Origin: an uncultured Chloroflexia bacterium
GTDB taxonomy: Bacteria > Chloroflexota > Limnocylindria > Limnocylindrales > CSP1-4
Assembly: GCA_963752475.1 (NCBI GenBank)
Contig: CAVVYR010000026.1
Coordinates: 1-64,000 of the forward strand
Direction: 5' to 3'
DNA: 64,000 bases
Shown: in pieces, positions 41,917-50,553 of the stretch
How the letters are laid out: the number at the start of each line of letters is the position of its first letter
Numbering within the stretch: position 1 is the first letter of the stretch
Position numbers and translations under genes: made by a program
The notes under the pieces: generated by a model
What the model saw: only the letters and a program-made list of their open reading frames with translations
Databases searched by the model: none
Told to the model about the DNA's origin: nothing

Positions 41917-43553
41917 CGGGCGATCGGATCCGACTCGAGGGGACCGTGGCGCTGCAGGGCGCGGACCGGCACGTCCACGCGGCGCGTCGTCTGCGTGAGG
42001 CGTTCCCGGGGATCGAGTGGCGAGATGCCGGTGACGGCCCAGCACTCGAGTTGAGCGAAGACGCTGGTCTGGCCGAGGGCGCCTTCCGCATCGAGGCCGC
42101 TCCCGGCCGCGTGTCTGTCACCGGCGGCCCGTTCTCCGGCGTCATCTATGGCGCAGAGGAGCTGATCGACCGCGCCGGCGGCGACCCCAGACAGCTGACC
42201 CTGCCGCCGGGCGTCGTCGAGGATGCACCCGGTCTGGCCTATCGCACGTTCTGGACCTGGGACCACTCCACCAACTGGGAGCTGAGTCAGGTCGGCCAGC
42301 AGGAGATCGGTGTCTTCAACCCGTACGGCAAGCCGCCATCGGGCTTCCTCGCCGACTACCAGCGGGTCGTCGATTTCTGCTCACGCAACCGCATCGCGGC
42401 CGTCGTCATCTACGGCTTCCTGCGCGATCCCCACGGTGGGCCGGAGGCGGCGCAGGAGCTCTGCCGCTACGCCACCGAGCGTGGCGTGCGCATCCTGCCC
42501 GGAATCGCCATCGGCTCCTACGGTGGCGTCTACTGGGAGGGCGACAGCCGCTACAACCTGGCCACCTGGCTGCGCCAGAACCCGCAGCACGCGGCCACGC
42601 TGGAGAAGGGCGTCGGGTTCCAGATCGAGGACCTCGCCTTCCCGCTCAACTTCCCCAAGTCGGACTACACGCTCTCGGCTTGCCCCTCGGCGCCGGAGAC
42701 GATGGCCTGGATGGAGGAGGGTGTGGCCTGGCTGGCCGAGACATTCGACATCGGCGGCATCAACATCGAGGCCGGCGACTACGGCGTCTGTGGCTGCGAC
42801 CGCTGTGTCGCGCGCCGGGCCAACGAGGCCGAGGCTGCTCGGCGCGTCGACGACTTCGGCGACTCCTGGTCCCACACCGACATGGCCGACAACTTTCCCC
42901 GGCTCTACCGCACGGCCAAGGGCGTCAAGCCCGATCTCTGGCTCTACAGCGAGATCCAGTGGGACAACCTGCTCGACCCCGTGGCCCACGAGGCCCAGCG
43001 GCGCCTGCCCCGCGGCGGCATCTACCAGCACACCACCAACCGCACGTACTGGAGCCGCATCGAGGCCGAGTTGACGCGCGAGTACGTCGAGTCGCTGCCG
43101 ATGCAGCCGAACGTGCTGCGCTGCCAGTTCGCCTGCCAGTGGAACGGTGACGAACGCTCCGAGCGCTACTTCCTCAACGCCCGGGTATTCAGCGACATGG
43201 CTCGGCTCTGCGGCGCACGCGGGATGCAGGGGCTGACCGTCTGGGGCGAGCCCTCGCCGTATCACGCCACGGTCGAGCTCTCATACCTCGCCTTCGCTCG
43301 CTTCAGCTGGGATCCCACCCTCACCTGGGAGCGCTTCATGGCCGATGACGTCGCACCGCTACTCGGCGGAACCGAGGCTGCCGGGGCCTTCGTCCGCATC
43401 GCCGAAGAACTGGATGCGGACCAGGTGCTACCCGTCGACCGACTGCAGTCACTGCGCGCTGAAGCCATGGACCACCGTGCCGCGGACGAAGCCGGTCGGC
43501 GCTGGCTCTCGCTCGAGGACCAGATCAGCCGCCGCATCTACATGGGCGCCTAG
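41913..43553 (+). CDS. Uncharacterised protein with GH20/GH67-like N-terminal domain and putative TIM barrel with CxCxxC motif
   Basis: EGAFRIE..VSVTGG..SGVIYGAEEL..VEDAPGLAYR; ACPS and INIEAGDYGVCGCDRC; ATGA-coupled to the upstream gene. Confidence 0.65.
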   Translation: MTGDRIRLEGTVALQGADRHVHAARRLREAFPGIEWRDAGDGPALELSEDAGLAEGAFRIEAAPGRVSVTGGPFSGVIYGAEELIDRAGGDPRQLTLPPGVVEDAPGLAYRTFWTWDHSTNWELSQVGQQEIGVFNPYGKPPSGFLADYQRVVDFCSRNRIAAVVIYGFLRDPHGGPEAAQELCRYATERGVRILPGIAIGSYGGVYWEGDSRYNLATWLRQNPQHAATLEKGVGFQIEDLAFPLNFPKSDYTLSACPSAPETMAWMEEGVAWLAETFDIGGINIEAGDYGVCGCDRCVARRANEAEAARRVDDFGDSWSHTDMADNFPRLYRTAKGVKPDLWLYSEIQWDNLLDPVAHEAQRRLPRGGIYQHTTNRTYWSRIEAELTREYVESLPMQPNVLRCQFACQWNGDERSERYFLNARVFSDMARLCGARGMQGLTVWGEPSPYHATVELSYLAFARFSWDPTLTWERFMADDVAPLLGGTEAAGAFVRIAEELDADQVLPVDRLQSLRAEAMDHRAADEAGRRWLSLEDQISRRIYMGA

Positions 43554-44354
43554 CTCGGCTGGTTCGAAGCGACCGACGCGGTCGCGACCTCCAGTGGGAC
43601 GACGTCCGTCCGCAGCCACGTCTCGTAGTAGTCGAACGGGACGGTCGACTGGTCCCAGGTGGCCGAACGGATCCGAACGAGTGGGTCGCCCTCCGGGACG
43701 CTGAGCAGCTCCGCGATATCCGCCGGCGCCCCGAGTGCGTGGATGATGCGCTGCGCGCCGTAGGCCACGAAGCCCTCGCGTGCCAGCGCAGAGTTCAGCG
43801 ATGCCTCACCGCTCAGGACGTCCGCCGATCCCTTGATCACGGGTTCGACGTGAGGCGGGTGGTAGTTCGTGCCGATCAGAGCGGGCGCGCCGTCAAGGAG
43901 CCGGCGGCGGACGAGCACGAGTCCCCGGCTGCCTTCGGCGATCCGCAGCGCGTGGCAGACGTGCTCCGGAAACGGCTGCTCATCGGCGCTGAGCACCTGG
44001 GTCGTGACGCGTCGGTTGTGATGCCCGATGCCATTCTCCAGGAAGCCGGCTCGGTCCTGGATCGATCCAGCCGTGCTCCTGCGGCGGGGTGCTGGCGAAG
44101 TGCCCACGGTTCACGATACGCACCGCGTAGCCGCGCGCGACGAGCGCCTGCAGCGCCTGGCGCACGGTCGAGCGGGAAAGCCCGAAACGGTCGGCGAGCT
44201 CGAGCTCGGAAGGCAGCCGGCTCTTCTCCTCGATCACGCCGTCGAGGATCCGCTGCTCGAGGATGTCCGTCAGTTGGCGGTGATAGGGCGTGGGGGAATC
44301 GCGTCGGATGACCTCGCCGCGGTCGGCGGGATCTTCGCTCTCGCGCTTCGTCAT
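43550..44354 (-). pseudogene. GntR/HutC-family regulator (wHTH + UTRA) split by a 4-bp duplication
   Basis: RLPSELELADRFGLSRSTVRQAL in one frame; UTRA (LVRRRLLDGAP..LVRIRS..PFDYYETW) in another; junction GGATCGATCC at 44059-44068. Confidence 0.85.
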
Positions 44355-44452
44355 GGCCACGGAACCAACTCCATAGTGGGCTTTGCGACGCCGTCCTCGA
44401 CGCGCCGACACCTGGCAGAAGCGTAGGACCTTCGAGGCCTCGGCGTTGTGAC

Positions 44453-44504
44453 CGTATTGTACGCACTGTACCGAACTGTACGAATTGTATGGACAATCCG
44501 TACA
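44453..44504. promoter_or_regulatory. TGTAY repeat array with HutC-like palindrome between gntR and the ABC operon
   Basis: TGTAC at 44458, 44467 and 44477, TGTAT at 44486, inverted copy at 44500-44504; ATTGT-ATGG-ACAAT at 44484-44497. Confidence 0.7.
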
Positions 44505-44569
44505 CAGTGTGCAAGGATGGCCGCGCCAGTTCGTCAGCCAGTGACGACACCGCACTTGGAGGAGAACCC

Positions 44570-45628
44570 ATGGATGGTCTACTGCGCCGAGTCGCTCTTC
44601 GCGGCTCCGTGATCGGAGCGGCGCTGATGCTCAGCGTCTCGAGCGTCGGTCTCGCACAGGACGAGATGGCTGGCTCCTGCGTGGCAGGGGATACGCCGTT
44701 CAGCACCGACGACGCGGCCGACAGCATCAACTACACGGACCTCGAAGCCCAGCTCGGCCCGGTTCCCGAGGTGGCTGAGGGCACGACCCTCGGTTCGATC
44801 ATGAAGTTCCTGGGCAACCAGTACTGGATCATCCTCGCCGACGGCCAGTCGGTCGCGGCTGACCAGTTCGGCGTCACCGTCGATGTCCAGGCTGCAGCCA
44901 GCGAGTCCGACCAGGTCGGCCAGCTCAACGCAGCCGAGACGATGCTGCGCGCTGGCTATGACGCGTTGCTCGTATCGCCCCAGACCGACACCAACCTGTG
45001 CCCCGCGGTCGAGAAGGCCGAAGAGGCCGGCGTCCTCGTGCTCAACGTCAACGACGCCGTGCTGCCCGGAGCCAGGCAGTGGGTCGGCCCGAACCAGATC
45101 CAGAACGGCATCAGCGCCGCCGAGTACATGCTCGAGAACCTGCCCGAGGGCGCGAAGGTCGCGGTCATCGAAGGCCAGGCCGGCGTCTACGCGGCCGGAC
45201 AGCGGACCAAGGGCTTCACCGACACCGCCGTTGCCGGCGGGCTCGACGTGGTCGCCAGTGTCCCGGGTGACTGGGATATCCAGAAGGCGCTCGACGCCGC
45301 CGCCACGATCATCCAGCAGCATCCCGATATCGCCGGCTTCTACGCCAACAACGACACGATGGCACTGGGCATCGCCGAGGCTGTCAACGCCGCCGAGCTG
45401 ACCGGCGAGGTCATGGTCATCGGCACCGACGGCATCGAGGCCGCATATGACGCCATCCGCTCCGGCGACCTCACGGCCACCGTCGACTCGTATCCCTATA
45501 TCACCGGCCAGGTAGCCGTCGATGTCGCGCTGCGCATCCTCGGCGGCCAGGAAGTCCCGCGTGCGGTCTACACGCCGCAGGCGTTGATCACGTCCGAGAA
45601 CGTCGACGATCCCGCTCCGTCGCTGTAG
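44570..45628 (+). CDS. Monosaccharide ABC transporter substrate-binding protein (RbsB/AlsB-like)
   Basis: Signal peptide; IMKFLGNQYW, RTKGF, ANNDTMALG and VIGTDG. Confidence 0.92.
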   Translation: MDGLLRRVALRGSVIGAALMLSVSSVGLAQDEMAGSCVAGDTPFSTDDAADSINYTDLEAQLGPVPEVAEGTTLGSIMKFLGNQYWIILADGQSVAADQFGVTVDVQAAASESDQVGQLNAAETMLRAGYDALLVSPQTDTNLCPAVEKAEEAGVLVLNVNDAVLPGARQWVGPNQIQNGISAAEYMLENLPEGAKVAVIEGQAGVYAAGQRTKGFTDTAVAGGLDVVASVPGDWDIQKALDAAATIIQQHPDIAGFYANNDTMALGIAEAVNAAELTGEVMVIGTDGIEAAYDAIRSGDLTATVDSYPYITGQVAVDVALRILGGQEVPRAVYTPQALITSENVDDPAPSL

Positions 45629-45659
45629 CTGACGGCAGATCCGGAGTACGGCGTCCCAA

Positions 45660-46643
45660 GTGACCACGACCACGACAGCGGGGAGAGGCGGAGCCATCCG
45701 CCTCGCCGCGCTGTTCGCCGAGAACAGAACCGTCGGCGTCCTCGTCGCCCTCGTCGCGACGTTCGCCATCTTCACCATCCTCGAACCGAAATTCCTCGAT
45801 CTCGGCAACATCATCGAGATCGGGGTGCAGTCGTCGATCATCGGCGTCGTCGCCCTCGGGATGACGCTCGTCATCGTGACCCGTGGCATCGACCTCTCGG
45901 TCGGCTCGATCGTGGGGCTCGTGAGCGTCATCTGTGCCACGAACCTCGATGCCTGGGGAACCTTCCCCACGATCGCGGTCGGCCTCGCGCTCGGCGGCCT
46001 GCTGGGCATGATCAACGGCTCGTTCTCCGCCCTTTTTAACCTCGAGTCGTTCGTGGTCACGCTGGCCACCCTCAACGTCTATCGCGGCCTGGCCTTCCTG
46101 TACACCGAAGGGCGCCCCATCTTCGGCATCGACGATGGCTTCCGCGACTTCTTCGGTGCCGACCTCGGGTCCATCCCCAAGCCCATCCTGTTCCTGCTGG
46201 GTGCGACCGTCGTCGCCTACCTCATCCTCAACTGGTCTCGCTCCGGCACCCACTTCAAGGCCATCGGCACGAACGAGCTCGCCTCGAAGAAGAGCGGTGT
46301 CATGGTCGAGCGGACCAAGATCGTGGCCTTCACGCTCTCCGGCATGTTCGCCGCTCTGGGCGCCCTGCTGCTGATGAGCAGGATCGGTGCGGCGGAGCCG
46401 ATCTCCGGCACCGGCTACGAGCTCCTTGTCATCGCGGCAGTCGTCGTCGGCGGCACGAGCCTCGGCGGTGGACGTGCCACGATCGTCGGCACCATCCTCG
46501 GCGCCCTGCTCCTCGGCGCCATCCGCACCGGACTCACACTGCAGAACGTCAATCCGTTCTGGCAGCTCGTGGTCACCGGCGTGATCATCCTCGTGGCCGT
46601 GCTCGTCGACCGGGTCACGGCACGCGTGAGCGCCCGGCGATGA
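45660..46643 (+). CDS. Monosaccharide ABC transporter permease (RbsC-like)
   Basis: GIDLSVGS, FVVTLAT and YELLVIAAVVVGGTSLGGG. Confidence 0.95.
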   Translation: MTTTTTAGRGGAIRLAALFAENRTVGVLVALVATFAIFTILEPKFLDLGNIIEIGVQSSIIGVVALGMTLVIVTRGIDLSVGSIVGLVSVICATNLDAWGTFPTIAVGLALGGLLGMINGSFSALFNLESFVVTLATLNVYRGLAFLYTEGRPIFGIDDGFRDFFGADLGSIPKPILFLLGATVVAYLILNWSRSGTHFKAIGTNELASKKSGVMVERTKIVAFTLSGMFAALGALLLMSRIGAAEPISGTGYELLVIAAVVVGGTSLGGGRATIVGTILGALLLGAIRTGLTLQNVNPFWQLVVTGVIILVAVLVDRVTARVSARR

Positions 46644-46717
46644 TGACGACGCAATCGGTGCCTCAGCCATCTCGATCCAGCTGCCGCCGGCACCGATCGG
46701 TCCCCCGGAGGTGCCTC

Positions 46718-47467
46718 ATGAGCGAGGCCTACATCGACCTGCGAGACATCACCAAGGACTTCGGCGGTGTCCACGCCCTCCGCGGCGTGAACATGCAGAT
46801 CCCCGAGGGCGAGGTAACGGCCATCGTGGGCGACAACGGCGCCGGCAAGTCCACGCTCATCAGCTGCCTCTCCGGACTGCATGAGCCCTCGTCGGGGCAG
46901 ATCCTCATCGATGGGGTCGAGGTTCGTATCACCTCACCCATCGACTCGCGCAGCCAGGGCATCGAGACCGTCTACCAGGACCTTGCCGTGATCGACACCC
47001 TGACCGTCGCGGAGAACCTCTACCTCTCGCGCGAGCAGACGTTCGGGATCCGCCCGTTCAAGCTGCTCAACCGCCGCAAGATGCAGGCCGGCGCGATCGA
47101 GATGCTCAAGCGGGTGGGAAACACCACCATCCCCGCCTCGCGGGAGCTCTCTGCCATGTCGGGCGGTCAGCGCCAGGCCGTGGCCATCGTCCGCGCTGTC
47201 GGCTGGGGCGCCAAGATCATCATCTTCGACGAGCCCACGGCTGCCCTCGGCGTCAAGGAGTCGGCCGAGGTGCACACCCTCATCAAGGGTCTCCGTGACG
47301 AAGGCATCACCGTCATCTTCATCAGCCACAACTTCGAGGAGGTGATGGGGCTCGCGGACCTCGTGTGGGTCATGCGGCACGGCAAGGCCGTAGCCTCCCG
47401 GCGCGCGACCGAGACCTCGGGGCTCGAACTGGTGGCACTCGTGACAGGCGCCGCCGATGGATCGTGA
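46718..47467 (+). CDS. Sugar ABC transporter ATP-binding protein (single domain)
   Basis: GDNGAGKS, MSGGQRQ, DEPTAALG and ISH. Confidence 0.95.
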   Translation: MSEAYIDLRDITKDFGGVHALRGVNMQIPEGEVTAIVGDNGAGKSTLISCLSGLHEPSSGQILIDGVEVRITSPIDSRSQGIETVYQDLAVIDTLTVAENLYLSREQTFGIRPFKLLNRRKMQAGAIEMLKRVGNTTIPASRELSAMSGGQRQAVAIVRAVGWGAKIIIFDEPTAALGVKESAEVHTLIKGLRDEGITVIFISHNFEEVMGLADLVWVMRHGKAVASRRATETSGLELVALVTGAADGS

Positions 47468-47544
47468 CGGCCGGGCCTCGGGCACACTGCTCGAATCGGT
47501 ATTCCAGACCACTACGCCATGCTCAACGCTGAGGTGAACCTCGC

Positions 47545-48534
47545 ATGACCCGATACCGCTACGCCGCCCGGCTCAATTCGTTCACGACCCGCCCGGAGCT
47601 CTTCTGGCCTGGGCGGACCGAGAAGCCGGGCACCTTCGATCTCATCGAGCGTGCGGCCACGGCCGAGGGTCTCAACGCCGTCGACGTCAACTACCCGCAG
47701 CAGGTCGTCGGTATCAGTCCGGCCGAGATGCGCACACGCCTGGCCGACCTGGATGTGACGCTGAGCGGCTACGCCATGCGCTACAACGGCGATCCGGACT
47801 TCCTTGCAGGCGCGTTCACCAACGCCGATCCCGCCGTACGCCAGAAGGCCATCGATATCAGCAAGAAGGGCGTGGACGAGGCACGCGAAGCTGGCGCCAC
47901 GATGCTCACGCTGTGGCTCGGCCAGGACGGCGTGGATCATCCCTTCGAGACCGACTACGCGAACATGTGGGGCTGGGAGGTCGAGGGCGTGCGGGCGGTC
48001 GCCGAACACGACCCGGAGCTACCGATCTCGATCGAGTACAAGCCCAACGAGCCCAAGGCCATCAGCGCCATCCCCAACGTGGCGGCCACGCTCATGGCCA
48101 TCGAGGAGGCCGGCTCCCCGAACCTGGGCGTGACGCTCGATTTCGCGCACGTGCTCTACGGCGACACCAGCCCGGCCATGGCCGCGGCGCTGGTGGGGCG
48201 TCGGAGCAGGATGCTGGGCCTGCACATCAACGATGGCTACGGCAAGCGCGACGACGGGCTGATGGTGGGCTCGGTACACACGGTGCAGACCATCGAGCTG
48301 CTGCGCCAGCTGAAGCGGGATGGCTTCGGCGGCACCATCTACTTCGACACCTTCCCCGACGGCCAGGGCATGGACCCGGTGGCTGAGACCGAAGCCAACG
48401 TCGTCACCATCGAAGCCATGTTCGACATCATCGACGAGCTGCCTGAAGCGGAGTTGCAGTCAGCGCTCGAATCCGGCGATGGGCTGGCCGCCCATCGGAT
48501 GGTGCAGCGGGCGATCCTCGGGCGCGGCGAATGA
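47545..48534 (+). CDS. Xylose/rhamnose isomerase-like TIM-barrel sugar isomerase
   Basis: LWLGQDG, IEYKPNEP, LDFAH, HIND..KRDD and YFDTFP. Confidence 0.85.
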   Translation: MTRYRYAARLNSFTTRPELFWPGRTEKPGTFDLIERAATAEGLNAVDVNYPQQVVGISPAEMRTRLADLDVTLSGYAMRYNGDPDFLAGAFTNADPAVRQKAIDISKKGVDEAREAGATMLTLWLGQDGVDHPFETDYANMWGWEVEGVRAVAEHDPELPISIEYKPNEPKAISAIPNVAATLMAIEEAGSPNLGVTLDFAHVLYGDTSPAMAAALVGRRSRMLGLHINDGYGKRDDGLMVGSVHTVQTIELLRQLKRDGFGGTIYFDTFPDGQGMDPVAETEANVVTIEAMFDIIDELPEAELQSALESGDGLAAHRMVQRAILGRGE

Positions 48535-49445
48535 CCCTACGGCCGCAGGTCGCGGTCGCGGGCAGCCTGCACTACGACATCATGGTCCAGGCGCCGTACC
48601 TGCCACGGACGGGAGAGACGCTCATCGGCGATGCCTGGTGGTGGAAGCCCGGCGGCAAGGGCGGCAACCAGGCCATGGCCGCGGCGCGTCATGGGGCCGA
48701 GGTGTGCATGATCGGGAGCCTCGGCGACGACGGCTTCGGCGCGCGGCTGCGGACCGAGCTGGCCGAGGCCGGCGTAGACCTGACCCACATCCGGACGGTC
48801 GAACGCGGTTCGGGTATGAGCGTGGCGTTGCAGCAGGCTGATGGCGACTATGCCGCGGTCGTCGTGTCCGGCGCCAACCGCGAGATCGACGAGGGTCAGG
48901 TCGCCTCCAGCGGCCGGGCCATCACCGACGCCCGGGTGCTGGTCCTGCAGAACGAGATCTCGGAAGCCGCCAGCGCCGCCGCCGCCCGGCTGGCGCGTGG
49001 GGCCAGCGTGACCGTCATCCACAACGCGGCCCCAGCGCGCGCGTTGGCTGAGCTGGCAGGGCTCGTCGACATCCTGGTGGTCAACACCGTCGAGGCCGAG
49101 CAGCTCGGGGCGGGCTCCATCGACGGTCTCGCCTCGGCTGCCCGTGCTGCCTCGGAGTTGCGGCACCTGGCAGCATCGGTCGTGGTCACCGCCGGTGGCG
49201 CTGGTGTGGCCGCCGTGGATCGCGCCGGCTCGATCGAGCTGCCGCCGCACCCGGTCGAGCGACCGGTGACGCACGGAGCGGGTGACGTCTTCGTGGGGGC
49301 GTTGGCTGCTCGCCTCGCCATCGGTGAGCCGCTGTTCGGCGCGCTGCGCTACGCCAACGCCGCCGCCGCGCTGCACGTGGGCACGCCGGAGGCGGAGCGA
49401 GACGGACTCGGGCCCGCCGACGTGGTGCGACTGCTCGAAGGTTGA
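48531..49445 (+). CDS. PfkB/ribokinase-family carbohydrate kinase
   Basis: PGGKGGNQA, QNE and HGAGDVFVG; ATGA-coupled to the isomerase. Confidence 0.9.
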   Translation: MTLRPQVAVAGSLHYDIMVQAPYLPRTGETLIGDAWWWKPGGKGGNQAMAAARHGAEVCMIGSLGDDGFGARLRTELAEAGVDLTHIRTVERGSGMSVALQQADGDYAAVVVSGANREIDEGQVASSGRAITDARVLVLQNEISEAASAAAARLARGASVTVIHNAAPARALAELAGLVDILVVNTVEAEQLGAGSIDGLASAARAASELRHLAASVVVTAGGAGVAAVDRAGSIELPPHPVERPVTHGAGDVFVGALAARLAIGEPLFGALRYANAAAALHVGTPEAERDGLGPADVVRLLEG

Positions 49446-49446
49446 G

Positions 49447-50553
49447 TCAGCGCCTGCTGGGCATCCGTAGCCGCGGGCCCTCGATGATCGGCTCGCCATC
49501 GATATGGACGGCGCCGCCTGTGCGGTCCGGGCCCGGGCGCAGGTCCTTGACGATGTCCCAGTGGATGGCCGACCGGTTGACACCGCCACACTCGGGGTAG
49601 GCGCGGCCGAGTGCGATGTGGGTGGTGCCCACGATCTTCTCGTCGAAGAAGAGGTCGCCGGTCCAGCTCTGGATGTGGCGGTTCACACCGATGCCGTACT
49701 CGCCCACGCGGGCGGCACCCTCGTCGGTCGCCAGGATGGTCTCGACGAAGCCGGTGCTGGGGCCTGCCTCGACCTTCGTCACGCGGCCGGCTCGGAAGTC
49801 CAGCCGTATCCGTTCGATGCGCTGGCCGCCAAAGACGACCGGGTCGGTGAAGGTGATGTGGCCTTCGACGGTCGTCTCCACGGGCGCGGTCGCGACCTCG
49901 CCGTCGGGCAGGTTCATGCGGCCGTCGAAGAGCTTCCAGGTCCGGCCCTCGACCGAGAACGTGAGGTCGGTGTCGTCGCCGGTGATACGGACCTCCCGAG
50001 CGCCGTCGAGCGCGGCCGCCAGACCCTTCCAACCGCTCCAGCCGTCATCGTCGATGCTGCCGAGCAGGAACTCGTCGGCCAGCGTGTCGTAGGGCAGCCC
50101 CAGGTAGTCGGCGTAGCTGGGCGTGGGCACGCGCACGATGCACCAGCGGGTCTCGGCCCAGCGTGCCGCGGAGACCTCGCCGTGTGCGCCACGCAGCAGC
50201 GCCGCTCGGCGTCCGAAGCCCTCATCACCAGGCTCCCCGAGAGGCGGCACCAGCGCTCGCAGCGCCACATGCGTATCGGCCCACCGCATGGCGTAGAGCT
50301 CGACGTCCAGCCGCTGGCGCGCCTGCTCGTCATCCCCGAAGCGGCGGATGGCTTCGTCGACCTCCTCGGTGTGCAGTAGCGCGTGGTGGTTCGCTCCCCG
50401 TCGGATGGCACCCTCGGCCAGCGCTCGCGCCAGGGGATAGGCCTCCGGCGAGGTCAGCGTGACCAGCAGGTTCTCACCGGCCTGCACCGCCACCGACGTG
50501 TCGAGGATGCGATCGGCCAGCCGGTTCCAGTCGGTGCTGTCGTCAGCCTTCAT
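49447..50553 (-). CDS. M29 family aminopeptidase (AmpS/AmpT-like)
   Basis: NLPDGEVATAP, VGEYGIG, FDEKIVGTTHIALGRAY and SAIHWD. Confidence 0.88.
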   Translation of the reverse strand: MKADDSTDWNRLADRILDTSVAVQAGENLLVTLTSPEAYPLARALAEGAIRRGANHHALLHTEEVDEAIRRFGDDEQARQRLDVELYAMRWADTHVALRALVPPLGEPGDEGFGRRAALLRGAHGEVSAARWAETRWCIVRVPTPSYADYLGLPYDTLADEFLLGSIDDDGWSGWKGLAAALDGAREVRITGDDTDLTFSVEGRTWKLFDGRMNLPDGEVATAPVETTVEGHITFTDPVVFGGQRIERIRLDFRAGRVTKVEAGPSTGFVETILATDEGAARVGEYGIGVNRHIQSWTGDLFFDEKIVGTTHIALGRAYPECGGVNRSAIHWDIVKDLRPGPDRTGGAVHIDGEPIIEGPRLRMPSRR

